This document shows, piece by piece, positions 47,451 through 59,700 of a stretch of 64,000 bases of DNA (the stretch's first letter is position 1; each line of letters opens with the position of its first letter). The stretch spans positions 31,372,001-31,436,000 of the forward strand of contig NW_024704746.1 in the NCBI RefSeq assembly GCF_018977255.1. The letters are read 5' to 3'. The translations under genes and the position numbers were made by a program. This DNA is from Callorhinchus milii (taxonomy: Eukaryota). Under the pieces are notes generated by a model that had not been told where the DNA came from, searched no databases, and was given only the letters and a program-made list of their open reading frames with translations.

Positions 47451-48854
47451 GGGCCTTTTAAGTCTAATAGTTATTACAACAGTATTGTGCTTTGTTATTT
47501 TAAAAAGCATTAAGAGGTGGACTGCTGTTTCACATGTTGAAGTTCAGTTATAGAAACAGCTTACTTTCTCACAAAACACATTTTTGTCAGAGGAATTTCC
47601 AATGACATCTTTAGAGTGCAGGGAAAAAGACATGAATAAACCAATTGTTTCTTAAAAGCCAATTGATTTATACCAGTTTCTTTTTCCTTCTTGCTGTTTT
47701 CTAGCCTTATCCATCGTGAAGTCTATGCTTGGGTATATTTTGAAAGCAGCAGCAGCCTAACAGTACCCCACCCAACTGGCTTTCCTTTAACTGTGAGCCT
47801 GGTCAGTGAGCCAATCGACTGCAGGGGACTTCATAGCCAAAGATAATCCTGTCCTAATCTGACCCACACACACACAAATGCACACACCCACACACACAGG
47901 AAGTCAGAATCCTAGCCAGTTTTTCCGTTTCTATTCCAGAAATACTGAGACTGCTGTTCCCCCTACCGCCTCCCTCGATGAGATCAACAAACTTTTTTTT
48001 TGGTCAGCTGGGTGAACAAACATGTGGAAAACCATCACAGTACTTAAGAGTATCCATACTAGAGGAGACTGACTTTCACGTATGTATGCCAGCTACACAG
48101 GATTTTCCTTGTGTCTGGAATGAGATGCACATCTCTCCTGGAAGGACCTACCCACTGCTTTCTAATTCCAGAAACTACTAGGTGCAGGTTGGCAAGAGCC
48201 AAGGCTTGGAGATCCCAGAGTATAGGAGTACTGCTGGAGTTTAACCAGCTAAAACACATCTTATCATTGAGTGCACTATCTGGCAAGTTTCCTGCTGCTT
48301 GTCCAGCTAGGACTACTCTGCCCCTAAGGGCTTTGGCTTGCAGCATTAACAGAAGCCAAGTGGGCTGGTTAATCCTTCCAAGCTAATGAACCAGGCTGGC
48401 TCTTGAGTACTGCAGACTCATCTGGTTCAGGAACTGGACAGCCTAGATTGCCACACCACAGAACATTAACTTGATTCTGACATTCTATTGCCAAATATGT
48501 GACTTTGAGGCAGCTCAGTTCTGAGGAGACCCTCACACCCCCCCCCCCCCCCCCCCCACCACCTCTCTCCCAGGAGAATAATCACTCGTTAGTATATTAA
48601 CTGACACAGCAGTAGATCAACCATTAGAAATATCATGATCTTTATGGCTAGGTACAATCCCATTTGCTACTTGATATTGTGAACTTTGGAGGAGATGGGC
48701 TTACAACCGGACTTTGAACGTGACTTACACTCTGTTTAAAAGTTAAAATCTGAGCTGGTTCTTATCCCACCCCAATATGTTACCTACCAGGGTTGGCAAT
48801 TTATCACTGCCATGGGAATTTACATTTTTTTAAAAAAATCCCAAGGTCTGAATC

Positions 48855-49050
48855 ATAATAATACTTGCATTTGATACAGCGCCTTATCACATCGTTGAGA
48901 CATCTCAAAGCGCTTCACATTTCAAAGTGCTGTAAAATATATTGCAAAGTGAATTGACTATTTTGTGGCCAAAATGTGGCAGCCAATTGCTCACAGTAGT
49001 GCCCCACAAACGGTCATGGATTGAGTGACCAAATTATTATTAAATTATTA
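48855..49050 (-). mobile_element. 5'-truncated SINE
   Basis: Tail and core motif GCAGCCAATTG. Confidence 0.75.
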
Positions 49051-50693
49051 TGATGTAATTTCCCCTTACCCACACAGATATGCATTCATACGAATACAGG
49101 TACACTGGATATCCAGTGATTGATATAGTGCATTCCTATCAGTCGCATCTCCAACAAGAATTAAATCACACAGGTGATACTACATACAGCATTTAACCTG
49201 GATTTAAATCCACCATGTACTTCACATGTATCTTACTCCTCTACAACACCAGAAACAAGCATATTGCCCCATGAGATAACTGATTGAATACACCTCTATA
49301 ACAGAACTTGATTTGGACACATTACTGTCTCCTCCCCTTCTCCAGCTGCCAATAGAATGATTTGAAATTAGAAGAAAGAAAATACTACAGCACAAATACC
49401 TCTGTGCTCATGTGCAACACTTTATAGTATTGAATAGGGCCAGTTACATATGCCCTCAAATTAATCTGTATTGGGCAAAATCAAATTCCAGATTTGCAGT
49501 TTGGAACTCGTGCTTATCATTTTGACAGCTCAACAATGATCCCAGTGCTGAGCAATAGGATTACCTGTGCTCTATAATACCTTTCTACTGCTGGCATACA
49601 CTTCACTTGGTCGGTTCTCAGCCAGTGTGAAGCTTTGTGCAAATCTGGAGTAATCTTGGGAAAAATTGTGGTGTCTCATGACGTTTTTATTTGAAACATT
49701 GCAAATTTCCACCTCCGAACTTCCTGAAGACTAATCGTTTCCATTTTGCTTTATACAAACTCCATCTTAAAATTGTCCAAACAACACTACCTGGAGTAAT
49801 GACTTGTCTACAGCATGAATACGTGCAGTTGGAAGTTCTCTGACAGTGAAAGGTTTAATGAAAGAAAAACTGGGGATGGGGCGAAATGAAACGGGTGAGA
49901 ATCCAATTTCATTCATATTAAATTAGCTGGGCAAATATTTATTGTAATGATAAGAGTGTTGACATTTATATGCAAACTTCATATTGAGAGAATTATAGCA
50001 TCTTGATAATGTTAATGAAGTATTCAAGATAGGGTAATGCATTTAAAGTGTACCATGTAGATTGATGATTATCATTAAATTTATGACTATCTGTTCAAAA
50101 CCTTTTAAACTGCAGACAGCTAGATTTATATTACTTGCAGCGACAAACGACAGAACACACAAGAGTGCAAATATTGAAATGTAGTCTGACATTGATCTGT
50201 GTGTCATCTACTTAATCTGCCTTCATAAAATAATCAACATCAATAAAGACTTCATCACCCTCAAAAGTATATTATTGCAGAAGCATGATTAACATAATAA
50301 TATTAACAAGTAAATGTATGGTAATCACAATGAAAAATGATTCTGTTTCGTTGTCACTGGCCCTTAAAGTAGTCCACATATATTGAGCTGCTAATTGTTA
50401 CATAGGCTCCTTGCAGGTGAATGTGAAACTCTTTGTTAGATCGACATTTTACACCAGGGTGCTGTAAACTTCACTTGCTCTCCTCCAAGAAGATCTCAAA
50501 GGTCTTGAAAACATGTGTATTCTACAAAATGGCTGATCTAACAAAGGTATCGTTCCATAATGTCTGTTGTGGTCATCAAGGCAATTCTGACTGTAGAAAT
50601 GACTGTCTTATAGAACGATTCAGTGGTGAACAGACACTTCAGCTACATTAGGCATGTTGTGGTAGCCATCCCATTGTTCATTTCTCTTGTATT

Positions 50694-50759
50694 TCATATT
50701 CTGTAATTTCTGTTGACACTACTGGTATTACCTCGGCTAGAGTTCTTCAAGACAGTCTC
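50694..50759 (-). CDS. IGF1: IGF1 last exon: Ea peptide
   Basis: [21 protein letters not shown] (compare EVHLKNASRGSAGNKNYRM). Confidence 0.93.
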   Translation of the reverse strand, partial: ETVLKNSSRGNTSSVNRNYRI

Positions 50760-53700
50760 CTATAATAATCAGAGGAATGATGTTAAGGAACATAATATGA
50801 AATCCGAAGTGAATTGGATCATAGTTCTTCTTTATACCTGTGTGCCACATAACATAAGACTCATCATAAGAAATAGACAATTCCAGTATGATTCAGAATT
50901 TCACACGGATGTGAAAGCTCTCCCATTAGAAGTGCTTTGGTATGTCATTAGAACACCAACGCATTGTAGCCATCCCCTCTCAGATGAGATCCCACCATGG
51001 AGAGGAAGCAAGCAGAGGCCAGGCACATCTCACAGGTAGAGGGAAAGATACTGACAGTCAGGCCTCGACTGCTTTTACACATGTTCTAGAGGCCACATTC
51101 ACAGCGGCATCAGACTGTCCTTGCAGCAGGTTGTCTCCTGCTTGTGAACGATACAAAGACCAAGGAAAGAGCTGGAGAAAAGCACTTCAGAAAAAGAGAC
51201 AGCCTCACCCACAATGCAAACTAAACTACCTACTAATTGAGGGTTATTTGTTTTTGCATAAATTCAATTAAAACATTTTACTTTGCTCTCAACAACAGTC
51301 ACTTAGTGCGTTTGACATCTTTCAGAAAGAAAAATGAAGGGGACATTACATCCATACAGGCTATTATCATAGTTTGATATAGGTTTGCACATTAATGTAA
51401 GCACATTGTATATTTTAGCAGATAAGTGGAACACAATGATCTCAATTAATACTGGGGCGAAAACAAAATGTTAATAACAGTGCAGTTGCTCACCTCTTTG
51501 TTTTTCTGCCAACTAATTGCTTTATATTCTGAAAACAGAGAATCTCAAAATTAACTGCGAGAACCCTTAAGGCTTTTCAGATATGAGGCAATAATTGATG
51601 GGGTAATTTTTCTCCTGTCAGTAAAAATGGCCCGTAATCTTGAAATGGAGTATTACACTGGCTGATGACTGAACATAGAAAGATCTTGGAGCTAACCAAC
51701 ATATAGTATCAAGATAACTAGAGACAGGGGAAAGCACAAGATTTTCAGAAAGAGGATATTTCAAAATGATGAATTTAGACAATGGACAAATCTACTAATG
51801 TATTCCCAAAGTGGCTTGTTTATCAATTAAACAGTAGGCAAAGCCAATAGAGACACTTAGACATCTATTTTCTTCAAGATATCAATATGTCTGAGAAGCT
51901 AATGTTATGATTTTCATCTCCGTCTCACAACTATGCTAATGAGTTTGGGACAGTGGCTATTTCATTATTCATTCATTATTTGCCTCTTGTGGATCCATAT
52001 TGCAGTACAGGGGGTGGGGGAGAAAGTTAAATGGCTTCAGGGCAGGAAGAAAGGGGGAAATTGGTCAAGAAAATTGCTGACTCCATGTGTTATTTCATAA
52101 TTATCCATTAATAAACATTACTTTATACATTTCTATGGAATAGACTCCCACTGGTTCCTGGAAAAATGCGAGTGTGGCCTTCTGTGTAAATGGGTTAAAG
52201 ATCAATAATATGAATAATACAATACATCTGGTGGATTTATAAGCTTGAGATTTTACCTATTGGAACATTTCACAGAGCATCATCATCTCAAGATTACAAT
52301 TCTCTTCCACAAAATAATATAAAATGTGTTTAATGGGTAACCATGAGATATTGGAGGATGGTATAGTTCAAAGGTGTGTTATTTTTAAAAAATAGTAATT
52401 TTGTTTTCTTTATCTAATACAGGATGAAATCAGGTCTGTTTCTTCCTTACCCTTTGTCCTTTATCAGCGTGGGGCTGTGTGCGTGCAGAAGCCTCTTGCT
52501 TTGCTGGTTTTGCACAATACATCTCCAGCAACTTGAGATCACAGCTCTGGAAGCAACATTCATCCACAATCCCTCTGTTTGCCCGCCTTATAGTAGGCCT
52601 GTAGCCTGTCGGTTTGTCTGTGAAAAAAAAATACACGCAGAACTGAAAAATACTTCTGACTTGTCGGCAGTTAAAAACCTAACAATACTTGTATGATTTG
52701 ATACATCATCTGAGACCCACACAGTACTCTGGAGGCCATGAACCTTGCTAACACAGCACAATCTGCAGGCACAGGTCAGAACTGAAGCCCTGAGTATGGT
52801 GGTGACTGCCAAAAATATAATACATTTGGCAGGACAAATGCTCTGCTGCACAGAATAATTTTTGGAATGAAAAAGTCTGCCATTGCCAAGGTTTCAGATA
52901 AGATAGCTTGTCTTCCATAGACTTAAAATTTCACAAATAAAGTGGTAGGAAAAAAAAAACTGACGTCACGGCATTAACGTCACACGATTTGACCTGCGGT
53001 CTGACCCACATTAGAAGAAACCAGTGGGTGTGGTTTTGTGCCTGTAGTTCTTCATACACTGGGGTCTTAGGCTGCTTGCTAAAAATAGCGATTTTTCCGC
53101 TATGTTTTTACAATGGAATTTTATTATAAAGCCATAGCTAAACGATCGCTATTTTTAGCGATCAGAGTAAAATCGACCCAAGTGAGCTAGCAGTTCAGAT
53201 ATCAGGACGGAGACTAAAAAGAGATTCCCCCAAAATATAAAAGTGTCAATTATGGTCACGCGTGTATGTTCTTCAGCAACTGGTTCTAGAGCAGCACTGA
53301 AATTGAAAGCATGTTGCTCACTCGCCCTCTCAATGGAGGCACGGCTGTCTTGCCTTTGCCATGGAAGATTCAAACAGAAATAAAAGTTAACCTCAAACAA
53401 ACAATTTTTGAATTCTACAGGCCATTTGCTGTCATCCACCAAGGGTGCACGGGGTCAACCTGCTCCTGGTTTGTCAATGCCACTTGCTCTGAAGCTACTT
53501 GCAAGGAGGTGCGCAAACTGGGAACTTTCCTGAAATTTAAACCAAGGTCCTATCTGCTTGTTTAGCTGAGGTACAGATCAGCCATGATCTAGTAGAATGG
53601 CGGAACAGGATCGAGGGCCTGAATGGCCTACTCCTATGTTCCTATGTTAAACATCCCACGACACCACGCGAAAAAAGAAGGGAGTTTCTCCTAAAGTCCA

Positions 53701-56700
53701 GGCCAATAGTCCTCCAGATTAACTGGTTGTTCACCTCATAGCTGTTTGGACAAATTTATTGGCGCAATCGGTTGGCATGTTTGCCTACAAAAACAATCAT
53801 TATACTTGACAGTAATTACCTGAGAAATGCTTTGAGACATTTCAATGTGATAAGGCGCTATAAAAACGCAAGTTTGTTCTTTTTTTTCCTTTATTCCTCC
53901 AATGCCATGCATTATTCTTCAGCCAAGAGGATGCAGCTGGTGGGTGGGGAGACCTACTTATGAGCGTTTGCCAATGCTACTCTTGATCCAAATACTCAGA
54001 TGTGTAACAACAGTTGGAATGGACTTGCCCTGCAACTTTCCTTCCCTTCCTCCCTCTCAACAATCTACTTCCCCACTGCTTTGGATGCCCCGACTTAAAG
54101 AAAACTCGTGCAAGACTATGTTAAACTGCAGATAGCGGATTTTTAACAACTATAACTAATTGATGAACTGAACAAAAATTCTTATAAATGTATTCACTTG
54201 TAGTGTTATTACACCATGTTTGTACTTTTGGAAGCAAAGCAATATTGCTTCCAACAGCAAAATGATTGGGAGCTGGATGTATGATTTTTTTACTTCTCTT
54301 AAATACATCTCTTGGGAGAATGTTATGCGTGCACTTGGCTTTGCTCACTAGTGTTAGTTTTATGAAGTTATTACAGTGCCATTTAAAATGATCAATTAAA
54401 AGGTTTTTAAGGTGACAGTTAGACCAAAGGATACAATCTTAGAGCTGAAATGGTTGTGAGAATGTAGAATTCACTATCCCAGAAGACTATTGAGAATAAA
54501 TTGTGATATTTAAAGAGAGATACTGTGGATACATATGTAGGAAGGAATAATAATACTTGCATTTGATATTGCACCCTAATGCATCTTCAAGACATCTCAA
54601 AGCACTTCACAGAATATATTGTAAAGTGAATTGACTGTGTATTTTGTGGGTAAAATATTTTGTTCCTACATCTGCGTGGAGTTAATCACTTTACACCACC
54701 TGCATTTAAACTGGTGCAAATGCTGCTATAACTCTCCTAAAGCAGCTTTGCATTTAGACTCCAGCATGATTCACTTTCATTTTCTACATCTCAGTCTCAA
54801 TTTGTACTGTTAGCAAAACTTCACAAAAGCATCTTACCATTTTAATACTTGCTGCCTTTACCACATTCAACTTTGCTGATTCCATCAAACCTAGATAAAG
54901 TGCTGTCAACATTTTCACCCAATAAAACTTCAAAAACAAATCAATATTGATATTGGCTGAAGTTGTGATGTTTAGTTCAGTCATGTATTACTGAGAGGCT
55001 GTACTAAATTATTAAAGATAGGTCTATTGTGCAAGAGTGCGCAATGAGGCAGAAAGTGTTTCTGTCAGGTTCTGGGTGCTTTAGTAACCAAAAGTTGGGT
55101 GCCATTAGTTTATTGACTGCACTTTTTAAACATTGTGAGGCAGAAATACACTTGGGTCTATATTTATTCTATTAACATGGCTTTTGTTCAGAATGTGGCA
55201 GATTGTTGAATTCAGGTTTAACTTTGAAGCTTGTTCTCTGTCGTTCTTAAAAGAAAATCAGCTTCAGAATTCAAAATTGTATTTAGATGCAGGACAATGT
55301 GAAATATAATGTTAGTAGTGGCATCATGGGTCACTGAGTACCTACGGATGTACGCATACAACTGCAGTTACATCTGGTGGCTACGTCGGCTGACTGTGGT
55401 GCTGTGGCATCCTGCATCACAGAGCACGCACGAAGCCAAGCAGCGGGAACAAAACAAAGAACACAGACGAAGCTAAGCCACAGCAACCACAAAATTATAT
55501 TTTTAAAGCGCCAAGTCCTCCCATTGAGTCATCCCAAAAGAAGTCCTCCCACAGGAGACCTCCCAGATGGCTATAAAGATGAAATGTCTGTTGTGTGTTT
55601 GTCTGTGTCAATCTACATTCCATATTGAATCCTTTGGTTGCAAGCGAAGGCTGAAACGGGTACAGTAGTCTGCAATAGTAATAATAACAATAATAATCCT
55701 TGCATTTGATTTAGCACCTTCTCACGTCTTTGAGATGTACCAAAGCACTTCACGATATACTGTAAAGAGGAGTGACTGTATATTTTGTGGGCAAAACGTG
55801 GCAGCCAATTGTGCACAAAAGTGTCCACAAACGGTCGTGGATTGAGTGACCAAATTATTATTTTTTCCTTTTTCTTTTGAAGAATTCTCCAATTGACCTA
55901 CAACCAGTTTCCAACTCACCACCAGGCAAACAGAGGCATGTGTGTGTGGAGCAAGGAATCTTGCTCAAGGCTTTGCCCTGCCCGGGAACCAAACCCAGGA
56001 ACTAATGCCTCATTTAGGGTAGGAAAATATTGTTAGAATGATGTGGAGATTTGAAGATTAATTTCATTCTCTTGTTATAAACCTGTTCAGCATGATATCA
56101 TGTGCCTTTGACATGTTTGGTGGCTGTTGAGGAAACAGTGGTTCCTGTTCCAAGGAAACAGGAAACTATCAGTTTACATTCATTATCCATTGTAGAACTT
56201 GCAGTGTTATCATATGGACTAGCTTCATGCAAAATGGTTTTATCCCAAGCAATAAAGAAAGTAAACCTACTGAAATAAAAGCCTCGATTACCACACACAA
56301 ATTGGAGAGTATCCACCAAATCTGAACCGCAAAGAGTCTCTGGATTGGCTTCCGCTCCACTCAGGATTAGTACACAGAGCGTCAGGTAGAAGAGATGAGG
56401 GTAGGACGCAAAAGCCATCCTAACCTGCAAAAATAACAGAATAAGTTAAGCATTTAAATCTCAATGGACTATTTGACATTTAAAATATAATAATAATACT
56501 TGCATTTGATATAATACCTTATCACATTGTTGAGAAGTCTCAAAACTGCTTCACAGAATATAATGTCAAGTAAATTGTATATTTCGTGGGCAAAATGTGG
56601 CAGCCAATTGCACTCAGCAATGTCCCACAAACAGTCGTGGATTCAGTGACCAAAATTAGTATTACTATTATTTTGGGGGGCATTATTACGTTTGGCAGAT

Positions 56701-59700
56701 TTAAAAAAATAAGAGAATCCTCTCGTCCTTCTGATATTAACACTAGAATTGAATCAAAAATAACATGTCTTTAACTAAAGGCACAACGAATACACTGCTT
56801 ATAAAATAATAATAATAATCCTTGCATTTGATATAACGCTTTTCACGTCGGGAGGACGTCCCAAAGCGCTTCACAGAACATACTGTAAAGTGAATTGACT
56901 GTATATTTGTGGGCGAACGTGGCAGCCAATTGCGCACAGCAATGTCCCACAAACAGTCGTAGATTGAAAATGACCAATTTATTATTGTTTTTGTTTTTGG
57001 AGGGATTATTATTAGGCTCTGTGTGGAGTAAGGAAACTTGCCCAAGGTTTCGCCCTCTGCCTGGAATTGAACTCAGGTCTCTCACTTGCAAAGCGGGTGC
57101 TCTAACCACTGAGCTACAGGACTCCTGTTTTGTTTATACTCCTGTATTGTTTATACGTAAACAATGAGCTGCGTATGTAGATCTCTTCTTAATATCATGC
57201 AGATTACTGTAGGACAAGTTCTAACAAAACAATTGATTTGATTGCCACAGAGATAAATATAAGAGTCTGCTGTTGCCCCCACCCCCCCAGTAAATCAGAT
57301 TTCTAGAGAGAATTACACTGATTTATCAGCAAAAGCAGATTGCTGCCATGTCAGTGAGCTGACAAGTGACTTAAGATACCTTTAACCTTAGTTTGGTGTT
57401 GATGCTAACTCTATTGATCAAAGAAAACTACCTGTAAAACACGAGCATATCACAAAGACATTGTACATTGAACCAATATAAAAATTACATTTCACCTGGC
57501 AATAATGTAAAGTATCTATATTGATCTTAGATTGACCATTGAACCAATTTCACTGCAGGTTTCATTCTGATGTTAGTGTTTGTAAAAACTACCGTGCTTG
57601 GAAATGTTACTGATGATTATTTTAAACATTGAAGTTGGGGAACATAGATTGGCTTTTGCAGTATTGTGTTGCCTCCAAGTGTTACACAGGAGCAGACGTG
57701 TTACTCCACTATCTTGGATGGCCTTGGTGCAGAGTACCCAAGAGGTACATACTCTTATTTGTGTGTGTGTGTATATATATATACATACACACACACATAT
57801 ATATTATATATATATATACACACATATATATGGATGGTGTAGTATGATAATAGCAATAAACATAAGAGAAGCACATGCAGTACTAGATATTCAGTGGTGA
57901 AATGTGGAATTCAGTAGTTAACTTGTGAACAAGCAAGACTGAATGAATCGTAATGCCTCAAATGATGAAGAATATCTTCCTCCTGTAGAATAAATATGGC
58001 ATTTCATTGTTCTCTCGGTTTCAGTTCACTGCATCAGTTGAAAATAAACATTTGTTTTCTGTTGAACATTATTGGGGGCTTTTATATTTGCAGATGGTAT
58101 TGTAATACTCTCTCTAGTTTTGTGAAAGGACTTTCATCTCTCTTCAAAACTGGTTGGGTATCACTTTGGAAATCCCTTAAACATAAACGTCAATAAAGAC
58201 ACCTTTATGGTGTATTTCACCCACAAAACACACAATCAAACCACAAATGTCTAACTTGTTCCTCAATTCCAAACAGTTGGAAGCTATTAATACCAGGGAA
58301 CTGAGTGAAAACAGCCTTCTCCAAGATTGAGTCTGTTCTCTGTAGTGTGGAGTGGATATATAAAAAACCTTTCAAAGATCGATCATTTCACTATTCTAGG
58401 AACCAAGATCTACTACAGTTACACCTAGAATTTGACAGCAGAGAAGGCCACTTGATCAATCATTATTGTGCCAACTCTCTGTCTCTAATTTGTCCTTTTT
58501 AGTTGTTTAGTTGGTACCCTATATAATAATCTATGCATTTGATAATAATAATAATCCTTCCCCTGTTCCTTGTTTTTTCCTTTTGTCTTTCTTAAATTCC
58601 TTAAACCTTTCCCCCACCTTGCTTTCCTCTGTTTGATTGGCTTGTTTTCCCCTCCCTTTGCCATATATATTAGTTTGGATGATCCCCAAGAGCATCAGTT
58701 ATTCTTTCACCAAGGACATGGGTCCCAGCCCAGCGCTCTTCTGGTTAAGCCCACCTGTCCTGCACGAGTCACTCCAGACCCAAAAAAACAGTCCCAGTGC
58801 CGTAGGAATGTAAATTTTTCCCATCCTAATGCCATCTCTCCAGCATATTTATTTCCCTAATCCTGTGCACTAATCAGCAGGTGGCATTGGTAGTAATCAC
58901 GAGAATACCACCTTGAGAACTTAACTCTTAATTGCTGAAATCTTTATTAGTCATTAGTTCCAACATGAACCATAACATCTAACTTTTTTCCCCTCCATCT
59001 CTACTCCATAATCTTCTGTAACATAATCTATTATGTCGATTACCCTGCCTGCCAGCCGAGAGGCTTACGGTTCTACCTCTACATTCTCATGACTGGCCTT
59101 TCTATCACTGCTAGAAATTCCTACTGATAGCATTTCTGTACTTCCTCCCTTATTTACTCCACAGGGCAGTTACTTTGCTCATGGATATATTCGTCTTGCG
59201 TTGTCATCTTTGTCACAGGTATTCAGTACTACATACCGATTTGATAAATCAGTACTTGCAATACCTCCTGCCTGCTCCTTCCAAATCTATGTCCAGTTAC
59301 CCCCTTCCCTCAAGACCTCTTCAACCACAACTTCAGTAACCTTCCTAGCCCTACCTTCCCTGCCCCCCAGCTAGGATCTAAATCCCTGACTGTCCAGCAC
59401 CTCAGGATGTCCTCCTGACATGAAAGGCGCTATACAAATATAATTTGTTGTTGTTATCAATTATATCTGCCTGTGTGTTGGCCACTGGCTGAAATATATG
59501 TTTGAAATAGCCTTTCGACCTCTCATATATGACAAAGTGTTCCTAACTGCTGCTCAAGCTCATAAACGTTGAACTAAAACAAGCAATTGAAAGGCACCAC
59601 CTACATGTGTGGTCATCCCTGCCATATAAAACGTGCAGGAATTCCAAAATTACACACAACACAGGCATTAGCTAACCCTCCAAACTAAACGGATTCCTTG

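Noticed and set aside
52570-52600. RRANR motif at the IGF1 C/A junction suggesting proinsulin-like cleavage
   Set aside because: A similar RRxxNR/RRxxR C-domain end is usual in fish IGF1, which stays single-chain
52155-58402. STAT5-type TTCNNNGAA sites in IGF1 introns (52155-52163, 58394-58402)
   Set aside because: Single sites at about chance frequency (also 30311 and 35325 in PARPBP introns); no tandem pair like mammalian GH-response elements; conservation data needed
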